Made by a program: the position numbers and the translations under genes. A stretch of 63,597 nucleotides of DNA, the filler included, from Sanchytrium tribonematis (taxonomy: Eukaryota): NCBI GenBank assembly GCA_018985235.1. It is 15 parts of 15 records of this genome, joined end to end, with 100 filler letters (N's around TTAATTAATTAA, not from the genome) between each part and the next. Parts side by side here need not be neighbours in the genome. Positions count along the whole stretch, not along the records: positions 33,945 to 35,086 come from JADGIG010001398.1; positions 35,187 to 36,326 come from JADGIG010001399.1; positions 36,427 to 37,563 come from JADGIG010001400.1; positions 37,664 to 38,799 come from JADGIG010001401.1; positions 38,900 to 40,033 come from JADGIG010001402.1; positions 40,134 to 41,263 come from JADGIG010001403.1; positions 41,364 to 42,493 come from JADGIG010001404.1; positions 42,594 to 43,720 come from JADGIG010001405.1; 7 more parts are not named here. The stretch is one strand, 5' to 3'. Of the stretch, positions 33,945-47,120 are shown in pieces (position 1 is the stretch's first letter; each line of letters begins with the position of its first letter). Under the pieces are notes generated by a model. The model had not been told where the DNA came from. It worked only from the letters and a program-made list of their open reading frames with translations, and made no database searches.

Positions 33945-34429
33945 TTAACATGTAATTTCTCTTTTAATCCTGGTTTCTCATTTTCTTCATCTGAACTAGA
34001 TGATGATGAACTGGTGCTATCTTTTCTTTGCAATTTGCTCTTCAATCCACCAGTGGTTCCAGTATTTCCAGTTTTACCTGCCAATCCAGTTTGGTTGTGA
34101 GATTGTCCTGGAAGAGCTGTTGCATTGGTTTGAGTGCCTGGCATACCAGTTTGTTGTCCTGCCATGCCGCTATCATTGTGCAATCCAGCGGATCCGTATT
34201 GCGCACCAGTTTGTTGCTGGCCACTCAATTTGTTTTGACCACTCATTTGGCCAGTTAATCCAGGTTGGTAATCAGTTCCTTGATGTCCTGATAAACCACT
34301 ATCCATTCCACTGGTCATATTTGTTTGTTGACCAGGCATTCCACTTTGTCCTTGACCTGTTAAATTAGAGTCTTGTGGATATCCGGATTGTTGTTGCTGT
34401 GCTGTTTGAGATCTGGTTGTTCTTTGCAT
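33945..34429 (-). CDS. Gly/Gln/Thr-rich hydrophilin, dehydrin-like, 3'-partial
   Basis: Low-complexity repeats then LQRKDSTSSSSSSSDEENEKPGLKEKLH. Confidence 0.65.
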
Positions 34430-34932
34430 TTAAGAATTGGGATGTTGCGCTTTTTAAAGGTCATTTTAGATCATCACATTTGTGGTCTAAAAATAAAGAT
34501 GATCGGTTTAGATGGCGTGGGCGGCAATATTTTAAAATCGAGTGGATTCAAAAGCAAGATGGGTCACACGACATGCGGAAGATTTATAGATATTAGAAAG
34601 CGGCAACTATATGAAATTCAAATTTGACGTGTTACAAAAAATATAATTGAAAAGTTTCCAAAATCATCAAATCTACAGCGTAACTTTGATAGATTATTGG
34701 GAATTGGGTATCGTGCCAAAGATGTTACGTTTTCACTTGGAGGTCTACTGTTTATTAATTATAAATTATAGTAACCCAAGAATTCATTCAGTCAATAATC
34801 TTCATTACAACTCAATGATGTCCACAAATGATGAAAATTCAAGAATATTTATCAGAACAAATAATCGACCAATTAGACTGGCTCAATCTCAAATAAAACT
34901 AGTTGTTTGATTCTATAAATTACCCATCTTGA

Positions 34933-35086
34933 ATGCACGCGCTACTTTTAACGTTGCTCTACGCTTTCTCTGCAGATTGTTCATTTGTGACTCAACTCGT
35001 ATTGGATTTAGATATTAGATACACGCATGCAGACTTTGCTACTCAATATGAGCAAGATTGTTGTTTGGGTTTCGGGGTAGTTTGTG
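34933..35086 (+). CDS. N-terminus of secreted Cys-capped LRR family protein, partial
   Basis: Signal peptide then DC...DCC...C cap as in the other family members. Confidence 0.6.
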
Positions 35087-35186
35087 NNNNNNNNNNNNNN
35101 NNNNNNNNNNNNNNNNNNNNNNNNNNNNNNTTAATTAATTAANNNNNNNNNNNNNNNNNNNNNNNNNNNNNNNNNNNNNNNNNNNN

Positions 35187-36326
35187 GCAGGCGTGAACTC
35201 CAATTCACATGAATTAAACATTCCCAAAGGAAGAATAGTTCGTGTCCTCAAAAGAAATGTAAAAAAATACGTCTGCACATTAGATACTTCAAAATTAAAT
35301 CAAAATCAGATTCAATCAAAAAAAGGCGTCGTGGTCCCAGCAATTCCTGTTGACAGAAAAATTCCCAGAATTTATATACAAACAAGACAGCTAAAACACT
35401 TGAGAGGAAAAAGAATCATTGTATCTTTTGACTCTTGGGACATCAAAAACAAATTTCCTTTCGGACATTATGTTCAAACAATCGGCAAGGTAGATGACAA
35501 AGAAACTGAAACTAGTGCTATTTTATTTGATCACGAGATTAGCTGTGAGCCATTTTCACAGGCACTATTAGAGGAAATGCCTAGCGCTTCTTGGACTCCT
35601 AGTCTGGAAGAATATAAAGAAAGGGCTATTTGGGGATTCAAACCACCTAAGGAAGCCAATTTTTTGACAGAATTGGGCAGTTCCACCGCTTTGGTGTGCT
35701 CAATTGATCCCCCTGGATGTACTGACATTGATGATACACTGCATTGTGTAAAACTTGCAGAAAACCGATATCAGGTTGGAGTTCATATTGCTGATGTATC
35801 TCATTTTGTGAAACATCTCTCTCTTGCCGATGTCGAGGCATCTCAAAGAGGAACAACAGTTTATCTAGTGGACAGACGTATAGATATGTTCCCGGGAGTT
35901 TTGGGTAGTAATATTTGTTCTTTAAAATCCGATGTTTTACGATTGGCATTTAGTGTTATTTGGGAAATTAATCCTGATACACTAGAAATATACAAAGTTG
36001 ATTTTTGCAAGTCAATAATTAAATCCGCTGCTTCTTTTACTTATGACCAGGCACAGGAACGCCTCGATACTAAAAATTCTAGTGACCCTTTGACATGCTC
36101 TTTAATGATGCTTAATAGAGTTGCGAGAAAACTTAGACAGCGGCGTATTGAGAATGGAGCCTTAACGCTGGCCAGTCCTGAGGTTCGATTTAAACTGGAA
36201 AATGACGCACAGGATCCTGTTGATCTTGAAATGAAAGAATTGAAGGAAGCGAATCAGTTAGTGGAAGAATTTATGCTTTTAGCCAATATTACTGTAGCAG
36301 AACGAATTTATAATTACTTTCCATCT
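35187..36326 (+). CDS. DIS3: Exosome ribonuclease Dis3/Rrp44, internal fragment
   Basis: SIDPPGCTDIDD, GVHIADV, RGTTVYLVD, VEEFMLLAN. Confidence 0.93.
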
Positions 36327-36426
36327 NNNNNNNNNNNNNNNNNNNNNNNNNNNNNNNNNNNNNNNNNNNNTTAATTAATTAANNNNNNNNNNNNNNNNNN
36401 NNNNNNNNNNNNNNNNNNNNNNNNNN

Positions 36427-37480
36427 ATCTAGCATAATTGACTGGTTTATGACTAAATGTACTGCTAATGGTGCTGGCCAATGCATTTTGCATGCTGTCT
36501 ACTGCGGATTCATTCATAATAGCTGCAATTAAAATGGCAATAACAGCAATCCAAGATCGTTGATTATCACCAAATACGTAAAAGAAATATGTATTTGGAT
36601 CAGTCTCTTGCGTGATACCACCACCCCATAATGCCAACCATCCCAAAATGCCATAAATCAACATGACAATGAAAATCATAATGGCACCAACAAATGATCC
36701 AAATTGCAGTGATTTCTTATTCTCACTCGCATAAACACGTTGCCAGACTGCTTCAGAATATAATGTGGCACTTAATAAGGAGATGGGCATTGTAAAAATG
36801 GAAGAATATCCAGATTCATTGGGTCCCAAATTATCAGGGAGTGGCTGTGATAAATCAGGTCTAAAGGCTGCCATGGTATAAATCACGACTACCAACAACA
36901 ATACAAGTGAAAAAATAGCTTGATATCTATCTGTAATAATAGATATTTTCAATCCACCAATAGCCGTGTAAATCATCGTAATGACACCCACCAACACGAC
37001 AGATGGAATTGGAGTTGTTCCGATCACACTACTAAAGATGGCACCAATAGACGTATACTCCACAATCAATGCAATAGACATGTTGAATAAAACAATCAAA
37101 ATCACAAATATTCTTGCAATTTTACCAAATCTTTGAAAGATGTAGTCATTCAAACTATTCACTTTATATCTCTGAGTCAATTGATCCCCAAAGAATCCCA
37201 TAGATGCAATTGGAATGGTAATAGCCAATGCATAAAACACAACCCCAATAATCCCTGCAAATGAGGCATATTGTGCGGGTCCCAAAGTACTACCAGCACC
37301 CATTTGACTACTAAACATGGCAAATGCAATCGTCCATTTCCCTTGTGATTGTCTGGCGGTAATAAATTCATCAATAGATTGAGATTTCAATTTTGTACAT
37401 TTATACAATGCAAATAATGCATAGGCTACAATGGCAATAATAGATGTTGTATAACATGCAATTGTGAATGAATCACTCAT
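36427..37480 (-). CDS. Sodium:solute symporter family, 3'-partial
   Basis: YTAIGGLKISIITD, WQRVYAS; multiple TMs. Confidence 0.88.
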
Positions 37481-38131
37481 TTGGTTGTGTGTTTGATCCT
37501 AGTAGTCCCTGGATCATTTGGCAAATCAGAATGTCGTAAAATGACGTGATTTGTTAGAAAATTNNNNNNNNNNNNNNNNNNNNNNNNNNNNNNNNNNNNN
37601 NNNNNNNTTAATTAATTAANNNNNNNNNNNNNNNNNNNNNNNNNNNNNNNNNNNNNNNNNNNNTAAAAGAGTATCAAGACCATTTTAATGAAAATAATGA
37701 AGATATTCAAAATTTAGAGAAAGAAATCTTGAGAATGAAAAACAATTTGAAAATTGACAAGGAAATTGTAAATAGATTAAAAATAGTATTACCAGAATTG
37801 AATCAGAATCACGATTTATCCAGAAAATCATTAAAACAATTGGATTTGGATATCGAATATCTAAAAGATAAATTATTGCTTCTTCAAGGACAGAAACTAC
37901 AATTTGGAGTTGGCGTGGCAGAATATGATTGTCAAGTATCTCTGAGAAATAAATTGAGTTGTTGATTGTAGTTTATTCGCAAGGGACCTTTGAAGTCTAC
38001 TTCACCTGTTTTGGTGTTTTAAATTTAAATACAAAATATCTTAAATTCTTAAAAGTGTCTTTAGCTACTTTGATACTACATAGAATATGTTTTGTAAAAT
38101 CGATTAAGAAATATTCTTGTGTTCTTCAAAT

Positions 38132-38674
38132 ATGAACACATGTACGTTTTTAAATTTTGACGGAGTTCCCCTCGAGATGCTTTTGGTCAATGTCAACATG
38201 GCATTTGCCATTTCAAAGTACTTTCGTCGAAATGTGGATCTCAGCAACAAAAATGATTTCGAGATACCAGATCAATCAAATATGTCATTTAATGGCACAA
38301 ATTCAACAGAATACACGAATTCCACAGCCACAATATCAAATGAGTCCAAACCTTCTTTTTTTTCAAAGATTTTATCTTACGCTTCGTTATACGCACTCAG
38401 AGTGGCATGTCATCTAATTTTTATGAAGCTGAGAGGTGACTTTGACACTTCCATTCCTAACTCTGATAATAATTCAAATAGAGATAGATCCAAAGCTTAC
38501 GACATATTGGGATTGAGTCGAAGTGCTAGTGATAGTGAAATCAAAAAAGCCTATCGCAAATTGGCATTACGATTTCATCCAGATAGAAATAAGGATTCTG
38601 GCGCAAAAGATAAGTTTCAAGAGATAAGCAATGCGTATAGATTACTGGAAGATTTAAATAAGAAAAATAAATAA
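38132..38674 (+). CDS. J-domain protein (C-terminal J domain)
   Basis: YDILGL...[17 protein letters not shown]...FQEISNAY. Confidence 0.9.
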   Translation: MNTCTFLNFDGVPLEMLLVNVNMAFAISKYFRRNVDLSNKNDFEIPDQSNMSFNGTNSTEYTNSTATISNESKPSFFSKILSYASLYALRVACHLIFMKLRGDFDTSIPNSDNNSNRDRSKAYDILGLSRSASDSEIKKAYRKLALRFHPDRNKDSGAKDKFQEISNAYRLLEDLNKKNK

Positions 38675-38734
38675 TAATATGGATATTCCGCTACCTGTAA
38701 ACTGTTTGCAATCTTTCCCTCCAAACTTGGAGAA

Positions 38735-38799
38735 ATGATTTCTGTTGATGCGCCAATGAATATGGCATTAATCAAGTATTGGGGTAAATCGGATACTAT
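38735..38799 (+). CDS. MVD1: Diphosphomevalonate decarboxylase, N-terminal fragment
   Basis: MISVDAPMNMALIKYWGKSD matches the NIAxIKYWGK motif. Confidence 0.8.
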
Positions 38800-38899
38800 N
38801 NNNNNNNNNNNNNNNNNNNNNNNNNNNNNNNNNNNNNNNNNNNTTAATTAATTAANNNNNNNNNNNNNNNNNNNNNNNNNNNNNNNNNNNNNNNNNNNN

Positions 38900-39180
38900 A
38901 AAGAATCTTGTGCTAATTCATCTTCATCAATTATGTCGTGTAATTTTTCTAGTAAGTAATTCATATCTGCAGCATCTCCACTGATTCCTAATAGAACATG
39001 ATCATTGAGCTTATGCAAGCGTGTACCTTTAAATCGGGCCAAGCTCCCATAACTGAATAACATGTCGGCTGCAATAACTACGCTCTCATTTGTTTTAATA
39101 CCAATAACGGAAGTTCCTGTAACAATAGGTTGGGAGGCATGTGTTGTAATGTCTGATTTCTTTTGTTCAAAGTATTGCAT
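38900..39180 (-). CDS. PRE4: 20S proteasome beta-7 subunit, 3'-partial
   Basis: QPIVTGTSVIGIK...AADMLFSYGSLARF. Confidence 0.92.
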
Positions 39181-39217
39181 ATTCGAGGGTTGTGTCAAAA
39201 AACAAATTCAAAAAACT

Positions 39218-39665
39218 ATGCAGCGAGTTTATTTTTACACATTAGATCTTCACGGCAGGTTATATCTTAGAAATGCTTACCCAAAAAACATTGCCACCAA
39301 CTTTAAAGACTTGAATTTTTTGAAATTTTTATTTAGATAGCGTTGAAAAAAACGAGCTCCCAATTGTTTTTGACAAGATTGAGAAAGAAACAATTTTTGC
39401 GCAACTTAATCAATTTCAGATCCTTCCTGAGAATTTTCTTTACTCTATAAGCACAAATCGATTATATTACAAGCATAATTACTCATTGAACGAGGATCTA
39501 AAGAAAACCACTTTAAGTACAATTAGATATCCAGAATTCGGCGTTGTCGATGACAGTTTAATTCAGCACTACTTCATAAATAGCAGCCTTGGAAATGACA
39601 TCAGAGTGGAAAAGGGCATATTGACATTGAGTCATCAAAACTATTATCTACAAATGGCAAATTGA
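39218..39665 (+). pseudogene. UPF0598/C8orf82-like gene with frame break at ~39336
   Basis: RVYFYTLDLHGRLYL...KNIATNFKDLNFLKF, then LPIVF...NRLYY in another frame; no GT-AG 19-mer at the break. Confidence 0.55.
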
Positions 39666-39720
39666 TGATGTCATCGGATAATTTTAAGTAGTATTTGACG
39701 ACACCTCGCGGCAAATTGGA

Positions 39721-40033
39721 ATGTTCCAATCTTATTTGCAACTTCATTTATGTAAATGGGAAAATTGTGGATATCAGTTTGAGGACATTTATTTGCTTCA
39801 ATCGCATATCTAAAGCGATCACATAGGATACAAAAGAAATAATTCGTTCGATGGAGACTGTAAATGGGCAGGTTGCTCCAGTCGTAAAAATGCCAGGGCT
39901 GATCTAAAAACCCACATTAAATCTCACTTGGACGTTCGACCGTATAGCTGCCCATTTTGTATGAAATCATTTAAATGGAAACAAGACAAATTAAAGCATA
40001 GAGCAAAACATCAGAAACTAATTGATGCAATGG
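39721..40033 (+). pseudogene. PacC/Rim101-like C2H2 zinc-finger gene with in-frame TAA
   Basis: CKWENC...HI*SDHIG...CKWAGC...HIKSH...RPYSCPFCMKSFKWKQDKLKH; TAA at 39811-39813. Confidence 0.75.
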
Positions 40034-40133
40034 NNNNNNNNNNNNNNNNNNNNNNNNNNNNNNNNNNNNNNNNNNNNTTAATTAATTAANNNNNNNNNNN
40101 NNNNNNNNNNNNNNNNNNNNNNNNNNNNNNNNN

Positions 40134-41263
40134 TATTCGGTGTAATCTGAAAGTCGTGCTCTTTTGGTTTTTAATCGTGTCTTGGAGCGAATCAAAAGAC
40201 TAAATAATAATCTAGATATGAATAATGCACTAAAAATCAATCTAATGATCTTTTGCAATGTCAAATGGATTGCAAATTTAGGAATATTAAAGACTGTGAG
40301 TGAAACGATGGATGAAGTCAAAGCTTTATGTGTGTTACTAGATTGATATTTGATAGACGTGCTAGATGTAAGAGTACTTTGAGATTTAAAAAAGACACGC
40401 GTGATAATGGAGAGTGAAGAAATTGAATTTTGCAAATGGGATGTTACAGGCTGATATCTCAAATAATAACGAGTGCACATGGTCAAATTAGACAAATTGG
40501 TACTATTTAATAATGGATTGAATGATAAATCACATTTAACAAGTGATTTCGTGTTGTTAATTTGAACAGAATAAATATTAGTATTTCCTAGTATCAGTGT
40601 AGATGGATTCTGCAATAATAATGCATCATTGAATGAATTACCTTCATTGTTTGCACTTCCAAGTGATATATATGATAAAGAAGCAGGAAATATGGGGAGA
40701 GGACCTGTTAATTGATTTCCTTGAATTTGTAACATATTTAAATTGGGTGGTAGAGATGGAATAGAACCAGTTATATTGCAGTATATTAGTCTGATATAAG
40801 TCAGTGATTGTGGAAGTACTGGCCAATGCTCATTTAATTTCAAATTGTTTAAAGCCAAATAAGTTAAACCCTCTTGAAATTTAGGCAATGGACCAATGAT
40901 ATCTGGACTTGATAGATCTAAATGGGTGATATGAGCTGGTAATGGACTTGGTAATCTGGCAGATTGATTAAATCTGTCATAGATGGTCAAACTTTGCAAA
41001 GAAGGGGGAATATCTGAAATTGAAAATGCGAATCCATCGACCGTGTGCAACATTGAGGAGTATGTTAAAACAATACCACTCACATTAAAATTTTGATCAC
41101 ATATCACATACACGACACTATCGCAACAATTTTGTTCTATTCGATCTGTCAAAATTCCCATTTTTTGAAACATTCTCACTACGTATTGGCAAGAATTGAG
41201 CTTATAAAAGTCATATCTTTGTAGACCATTAAAACATCCAGTCAAATTAGTCATTGAATTCTG
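40134..41263 (-). CDS. Cys-capped LRR surface protein, partial
   Basis: NCC cap, LPxLPxxLxxL repeats, CDLSFNPL, Ser/Thr stalk, TM. Confidence 0.82.
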
Positions 41264-41363
41264 NNNNNNNNNNNNNNNNNNNNNNNNNNNNNNNNNNNNN
41301 NNNNNNNTTAATTAATTAANNNNNNNNNNNNNNNNNNNNNNNNNNNNNNNNNNNNNNNNNNNN

Positions 41364-42027
41364 CGCTTTGAAGAATATTTAAATCACATCTATGCAAGAA
41401 GAAACCTGATGTTAAGCCGATAAACTCGTGTATTTCATCAAATCCAACTACAATCCTCAAGCCTCTGATTTCTTTTTCAAAATTATCAATAAAATTTTTT
41501 AATTTTAAATTGGCCTCAAACTGTAAAGATACTGCACTAGAGAAATGTCTCGAAGTGAGAAGGTAGACCATTAATGCCCTTTGATTTGATTCAGAATTAT
41601 CGAGATCTTTGGTAATTTTGATCGTCAGGTTAATGTGACTATAAATCCAAGTCTTAAATATTTTAACTGACCTATTGTGAAAACGCAAAATGTTTTCATA
41701 TGTAAAATCGCTTGGAAATATGCTTTGTATCTCTGCTTCTAATCTCAAGACCGGCTTTTTCTTTTTCAAGATTCGGATAGGGATTACAAAATCGAAACAA
41801 TCCAAATTCCCTAATTCAATCAAGCACTTTGTTTTCCCAGATCCATACGCTTGAACTACTGCTGCAATACTTCTCATCTGTACATCGCTACTCCAGGTCA
41901 ATTGTAATTTTTCTTCAAGTTCCTCATATGATCCAGAACCGATAATCAAATCATTTAATAAAAGATTATTATCCTTCTTTAACTCTTTCATTTCCGTTCT
42001 GCAGTCCAAAATTAATTTGTTCAACAT
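41364..42027 (-). CDS. Divergent P-loop NTPase-like protein, partial
   Basis: VVQAYGSGKT (Walker A-like) and IVVGFDE (Walker B). Confidence 0.55.
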
Positions 42028-42357
42028 ACTTAAGCGGAGTTGCTTTTGAAAAGAATTTATGGAGAAATTGAAAGAGGCTAATTTATAAAAATCAATTGAA
42101 TTAAATGCTAAATTAGCATTCGTATATTTACAAAGTTTGATATTATTTGATTAAGCAATCGTTTCACTGCATTGACTAAGAATATGCTAAGCTTGGTTTA
42201 TTGAATTCATTTTGTCAAAGGAAAAGCTCAAATTGGTTCAATATGATTTAGCTGACCTATAAATTCTCAAGATTTACTATTGATTGTTGGAATACAAAGT
42301 TTTGCATTGTTGCTCAAATCAGATTTTACGTCATGTTTTGTCATTCTCAATCACTAT

Positions 42358-42493
42358 TTAAAATAGCATATGATGATCTATTTTTTTACCGGTTTTCTTC
42401 TCGTATTCTTTAGCCTCTTCTGCAAAAGCGTCCCATACACAGTAAACACATCCTGACATACAGCAATTATTTGGAATTTCCGGCGGTTTGACG
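42358..42493 (-). CDS. Oxidoreductase-like domain (OXLD1/UPF0651) protein, C-terminal fragment
   Basis: KPPEIPNNCCMSGCVYCVWDAFAEE read manually. Confidence 0.8.
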
Positions 42494-42593
42494 NNNNNNN
42501 NNNNNNNNNNNNNNNNNNNNNNNNNNNNNNNNNNNNNTTAATTAATTAANNNNNNNNNNNNNNNNNNNNNNNNNNNNNNNNNNNNNNNNNNNN

Positions 42594-43720
42594 TGAATGC
42601 GGTCTCAGAAAGTATCCTAAATTTCCATTTGAGCTAAAAAGAGCCCTATTCATGCTTAAATATTTATCATTTGTTTGGAAATTCAACGCAACAACTTGAG
42701 CGCCAGCTAACCAATGTGGAATAGGATCATAATTACTGCTATCAACTCTTTTATTTCCAGGGTATATTCTATTTAGTCTTATATGGGATAGACTTTGATA
42801 ATTTTTAAGATTTAGCTTAAACATATCCAGTGATTTGCCTTCATTAAAAGAAGAAATTGTTCTGCTTATTACAGCAGTATTGTCACTCAAAATTTCAAAT
42901 CCCGTAAACTTTTCTGCTTTCAACAAAGAAATTAGTCTCTCCAACTTTGAAGAAATTTTTTTAACAACTTTGGAATCTTCCTCATCTGAGGCTGGATCGG
43001 GATTTCTCGAATTTACTTTTCCTTTGATAATAATCTTGCCAGCAAGCATTTTTGGACTAGGAAGATAATCCTCATACTTTTCTGGACCAGGAGACTCCTG
43101 TATAAATAGTAAATCGCCAAAAACATCGACCAGCATATCCGCAATTATATCTTGTTGGGGAATAGAGCAGTGCATTTCGAAAGAAAGAATTAAAGGCATA
43201 GCAGATTTTATAAAACCATATTTTTTAATGCAAAAAAACGCATCTTTAGCTAAAATCTTTGATGTCAATGTTCTTCCATGAAAAATTATAGGTTCTACCG
43301 AGCCGTCCCATAGATCTAATTCGAGACATCTACAACCATCTAGTAGAGCATTTTTATAGCCTTCCGTGGATGAATCTGAATTGAGCTGATTGCCTAATAA
43401 GTATGTATTGTGTGATGAGTTGATAAAATAAAATGATAAAGGTAGTTCAAAAGAGTCTTCAGAAGTTTGATTAAAATAATCCAAGCCTTCCAAATACCTT
43501 TCGAAAAAGAGAAAGTCAATTTCATTTGGAATATCAAAGGAATTAATTTTTTCTTGAAAAAATGTCATCAACCATTCTATAAAATAACCCTTAGATAAAG
43601 ATTTGCTCGCATTATGCTTTAACAAATCTTTGAAAATGCATTTCAAATCTTTCCTTTTCCATGATTTATAAAGTGCAAATTCGGCTAAAAGTAAGTCTTG
43701 AGAATTTGAAAATATTTGTT
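42594..43720 (-). CDS. PLC1: Phosphoinositide phospholipase C, internal fragment (X and Y domains)
   Basis: SSHNTYL, GCRCLELDLWDG, HGRTLT, RIYP...RVDSSNY, VALNFQ. Confidence 0.93.
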
Positions 43721-43820
43721 NNNNNNNNNNNNNNNNNNNNNNNNNNNNNNNNNNNNNNNNNNNNTTAATTAATTAANNNNNNNNNNNNNNNNNNNNNNNN
43801 NNNNNNNNNNNNNNNNNNNN

Positions 43821-44947
43821 CGTGGATTAAATGATAAATCACAATTTGTTAATAAACTAAAATCATTGATTTGTACAGAAATAATATTTGTATTTCCTAA
43901 AATGAGTGTAGTTGGTTGATTTACACGCAATTCATCATTAAATGTATTACTTTCCATTGATAAATCACCCAATACTATGATTTTGAGTGAATCAGGGAAT
44001 ATTGGTAATGGTCCATTGAATCGATTTCCATTTATATACAATTCTTGTAAATTGGGTGGAAGGGATGGAATCACACCAGATAATCCACAATATGTCACAT
44101 CTAATATTTTTAATGTACTTGGGAGTAATGGCAAACCACCTTGTAATTTCAAATATTTTAATTTTAATATTTCTAATCCCTCTGAAAATGGGGGTAAATA
44201 ACCACTTATATGATCATCAGATATATCAATCACTTTCACATGACCAGGAATAATCGGAAATGTGGTAAATTGAGTCAATGATTGTATAATACGCAATGAT
44301 TCTACAGAAATTGGCAAATTATGAAATGCATTTTCATTCGATTGTAATAATTGATTATCAAAATATAATTCAGTGATATTATTACCAATACAAGTGACTA
44401 TAGATTGATAAGGTGAACAACAATTGGTTTCTAATGTGGTACCAATTATTGGCAAATTTATTTGATTCGCAAATTCATTAAAAGAAACACAATAATCTAG
44501 TGGTGGACTACCCCGTTGTACTTTATAATTACAATTAGTAAAATAATCAAGTGTAGATGCATTTAAATGATTCATAGACACATCACAATCTATATTTTGA
44601 ATGGGTGCATTGACACGAATAAAATCAATGAAATTATAATTAAATTTAAATTGATAATACAAGGGTGCATTATAATTTAATAAATCAATGATTCCACTGA
44701 TTTGATTATAGGAAACATCAATTGATTTTAAACTAGTTTGATGCCACTCATTTTCAACTGTTTCAAATTGATTGTGTGACACCAATAAAGTGTAGAGTGA
44801 TTCGACATTGGGAAGCGTGCCATTGAGTTGATTATAACTCGCAAATAGCGTATTTAAATGAATTGGGAGGAAATTCATCAAGGAACCACTTAATTTATTA
44901 TTTGAAATGCGCAAATCTACTAAATTGGATAAATGTGTCATATTGGG
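43821..44947 (-). CDS. Cys-capped LRR surface protein, internal fragment
   Basis: Paralogous to 40134-41263 (TLILGNTNI, CDLSFNP). Confidence 0.82.
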
Positions 44948-45457
44948 NNNNNNNNNNNNNNNNNNNNNNNNNNNNNNNNNNNNNNNNNNNNTTAATTAAT
45001 TAANNNNNNNNNNNNNNNNNNNNNNNNNNNNNNNNNNNNNNNNNNNNCCTCTTATTCTAACGACCAACAATGTTGCTAAATAAACAAGTTTACTTTATTT
45101 TGATTTCAATTTACAGGTCATTTAATGGAAACTCGATTAAAAAATGAAATTTCCAAATTTGGATTAAGTCATAGACAAACTAATGCTTTACTAAATAAAC
45201 CTGTGCAAGTCTTCCAAATGACTAAAAAATCTATAAAATTAAAAGCAAAAGAAGTAGAGAATAAAGTAGAAGAGATAGAAATTCCAAAATATCGATTTAA
45301 AAAGCATTTAAAGTAATTAATAAATGAGTTGCAATGAATGAGATGAGTTGACATATCAAATTACATTCATTTTTATTCATTTGAATGACTCACGAATCAA
45401 ATTTGAATGTTTTGAATTTTCATCTCTCCCCTTTTAAACACGGATCATTTGCAAAAA

Positions 45458-45974
45458 ATGATTTCCAAATCTGTATATCATTACAGCATGACGTACCTGG
45501 TGCCATACTACTCAAAATATGTTGAGAAATACCATGAATGGATGACAAATTCACAAATATTGGCATTAACAGCCAGTGATCCCGTTTTATTATCAGATGA
45601 ATATGCCATGCAAGAAAGTTGGGCATCAGATCCAGATAAATTCACATTCATCATATTCCACTATAAAACCATGATCGGAGATGTGAATATATTTGGAGAT
45701 CATGATTGCGGAATTGGAGTATCAGAGGATGGGACATGCAACCAATGCATTGCTGATGATGATGGAATATGGCAAAATGCAGGGATTTGAAAGATATATT
45801 GTAAAAATTGGACAGGATAATTTGGCATCTATCGCATTCTTTAAATCACTTGGATTTGTAGAATTGAGTAGAAATGACATCTTTTATGAAGTATTAATGA
45901 TATCTAGGGTCATGGAAATGCATCAACCCTCTCAAATCTCAGAAATGACGTATTCTGATTTTGAAACCATGTAA
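45458..45974 (+). pseudogene. NAT9-like GNAT acetyltransferase with frame break at ~45695
   Basis: LVPY...KYHEWM...LTAS...EYAMQESW...MIGDVNIF, then EIMIAE...KIGQDNLASIAFF in another frame. Confidence 0.75.
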
Positions 45975-46273
45975 TCGTTTACCTCACCGTGCAGATTTAC
46001 CATTTGCAAGTAAATAGATTGTTATCAATGACTTGGTAATATATGCAAGGGAAAATGAGCTTGCCGTTTCACTTTTGTAATAGTTGACAAACACGCGCAA
46101 TTGGAACCAAATAAACTTGTCGGCAATTAAAAAGAATGGTCGTCCCCTGATGTTATCTCGTGTACATGTATACNNNNNNNNNNNNNNNNNNNNNNNNNNN
46201 NNNNNNNNNNNNNNNNNTTAATTAATTAANNNNNNNNNNNNNNNNNNNNNNNNNNNNNNNNNNNNNNNNNNNN

Positions 46274-46918
46274 GGAAAAATCGGTTATTAGCATGAGTAG
46301 ATTGGCTGATAATAACTCGAATTTTATAACTTGTAAACTGCATGAGAATTGATTCCGTAAAACAAATCCAGCGGAAATGTCGTAAATTAATATTAAATTG
46401 AAATTCAATAAAACTAGCAAGGTGTTTCTGTGTACAATAATTCTGCCATGATGATATAAGTCTTGGAAATTATAAACGTAATCTTTGAACTCAATGGTTT
46501 TGCTAGTCAGTAATAATATGCCCTTGCGCACGACTTTGCAATCTAAAATGATATTAGTCGTCTTAATCAATTTGCACATCCGGCTATAGTGAACGTAGGC
46601 TGCATTGTTTTGATCAACTGTCACCATATGTTTACCAACTATGATTCTATTAATTTTGCTTTTATGTGGATTTGGAACTGTCCAAGTTTTTATCGTTATA
46701 CCTATCTCCAAGCATATTATTTCCATTTGGCTATTAACCCCAATGATCATATTATTAACACTTGCCATGTGATTTAAACTAAGATGCAATTTGTATTTTA
46801 GCTCCATTTTGTAGGTGTAAATAAATAATATGTATCCAGTACTTAAGACTATGTAATCAGTGCATATACGAATTTCAGCCGAGCTGCAGCTTAAAGGAAA
46901 CGTGATTATCTTTTCCAT
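46274..46918 (-). CDS. Uncharacterised beta-rich protein, 3'-partial
   Basis: Open frame; propeller-like alternating hydrophobic pattern only. Confidence 0.5.
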
Positions 46919-47120
46919 AAAAATATTTGTTGATTGTTACAAAAATTAAATTTTCACTTAATGCGAAATTATGTTATCGACAAATTATAAATTTTACCAG
47001 CCGCCGAATCACAAATTCATTCCAAAGAGGTTCAAAAATGCAAGAAACTTCAATGTTCAATTCAATTCTTTAAGTGCTTGTGCATGTGGAATCTGAAACC
47101 AACATTTTGCTTCCTCAAAA

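Noticed and set aside
45683..45698. 16-nt GT-AG segment that would fix the NAT9 frame
   Set aside because: Would delete the conserved VNIF residues and does not fit the intron consensus
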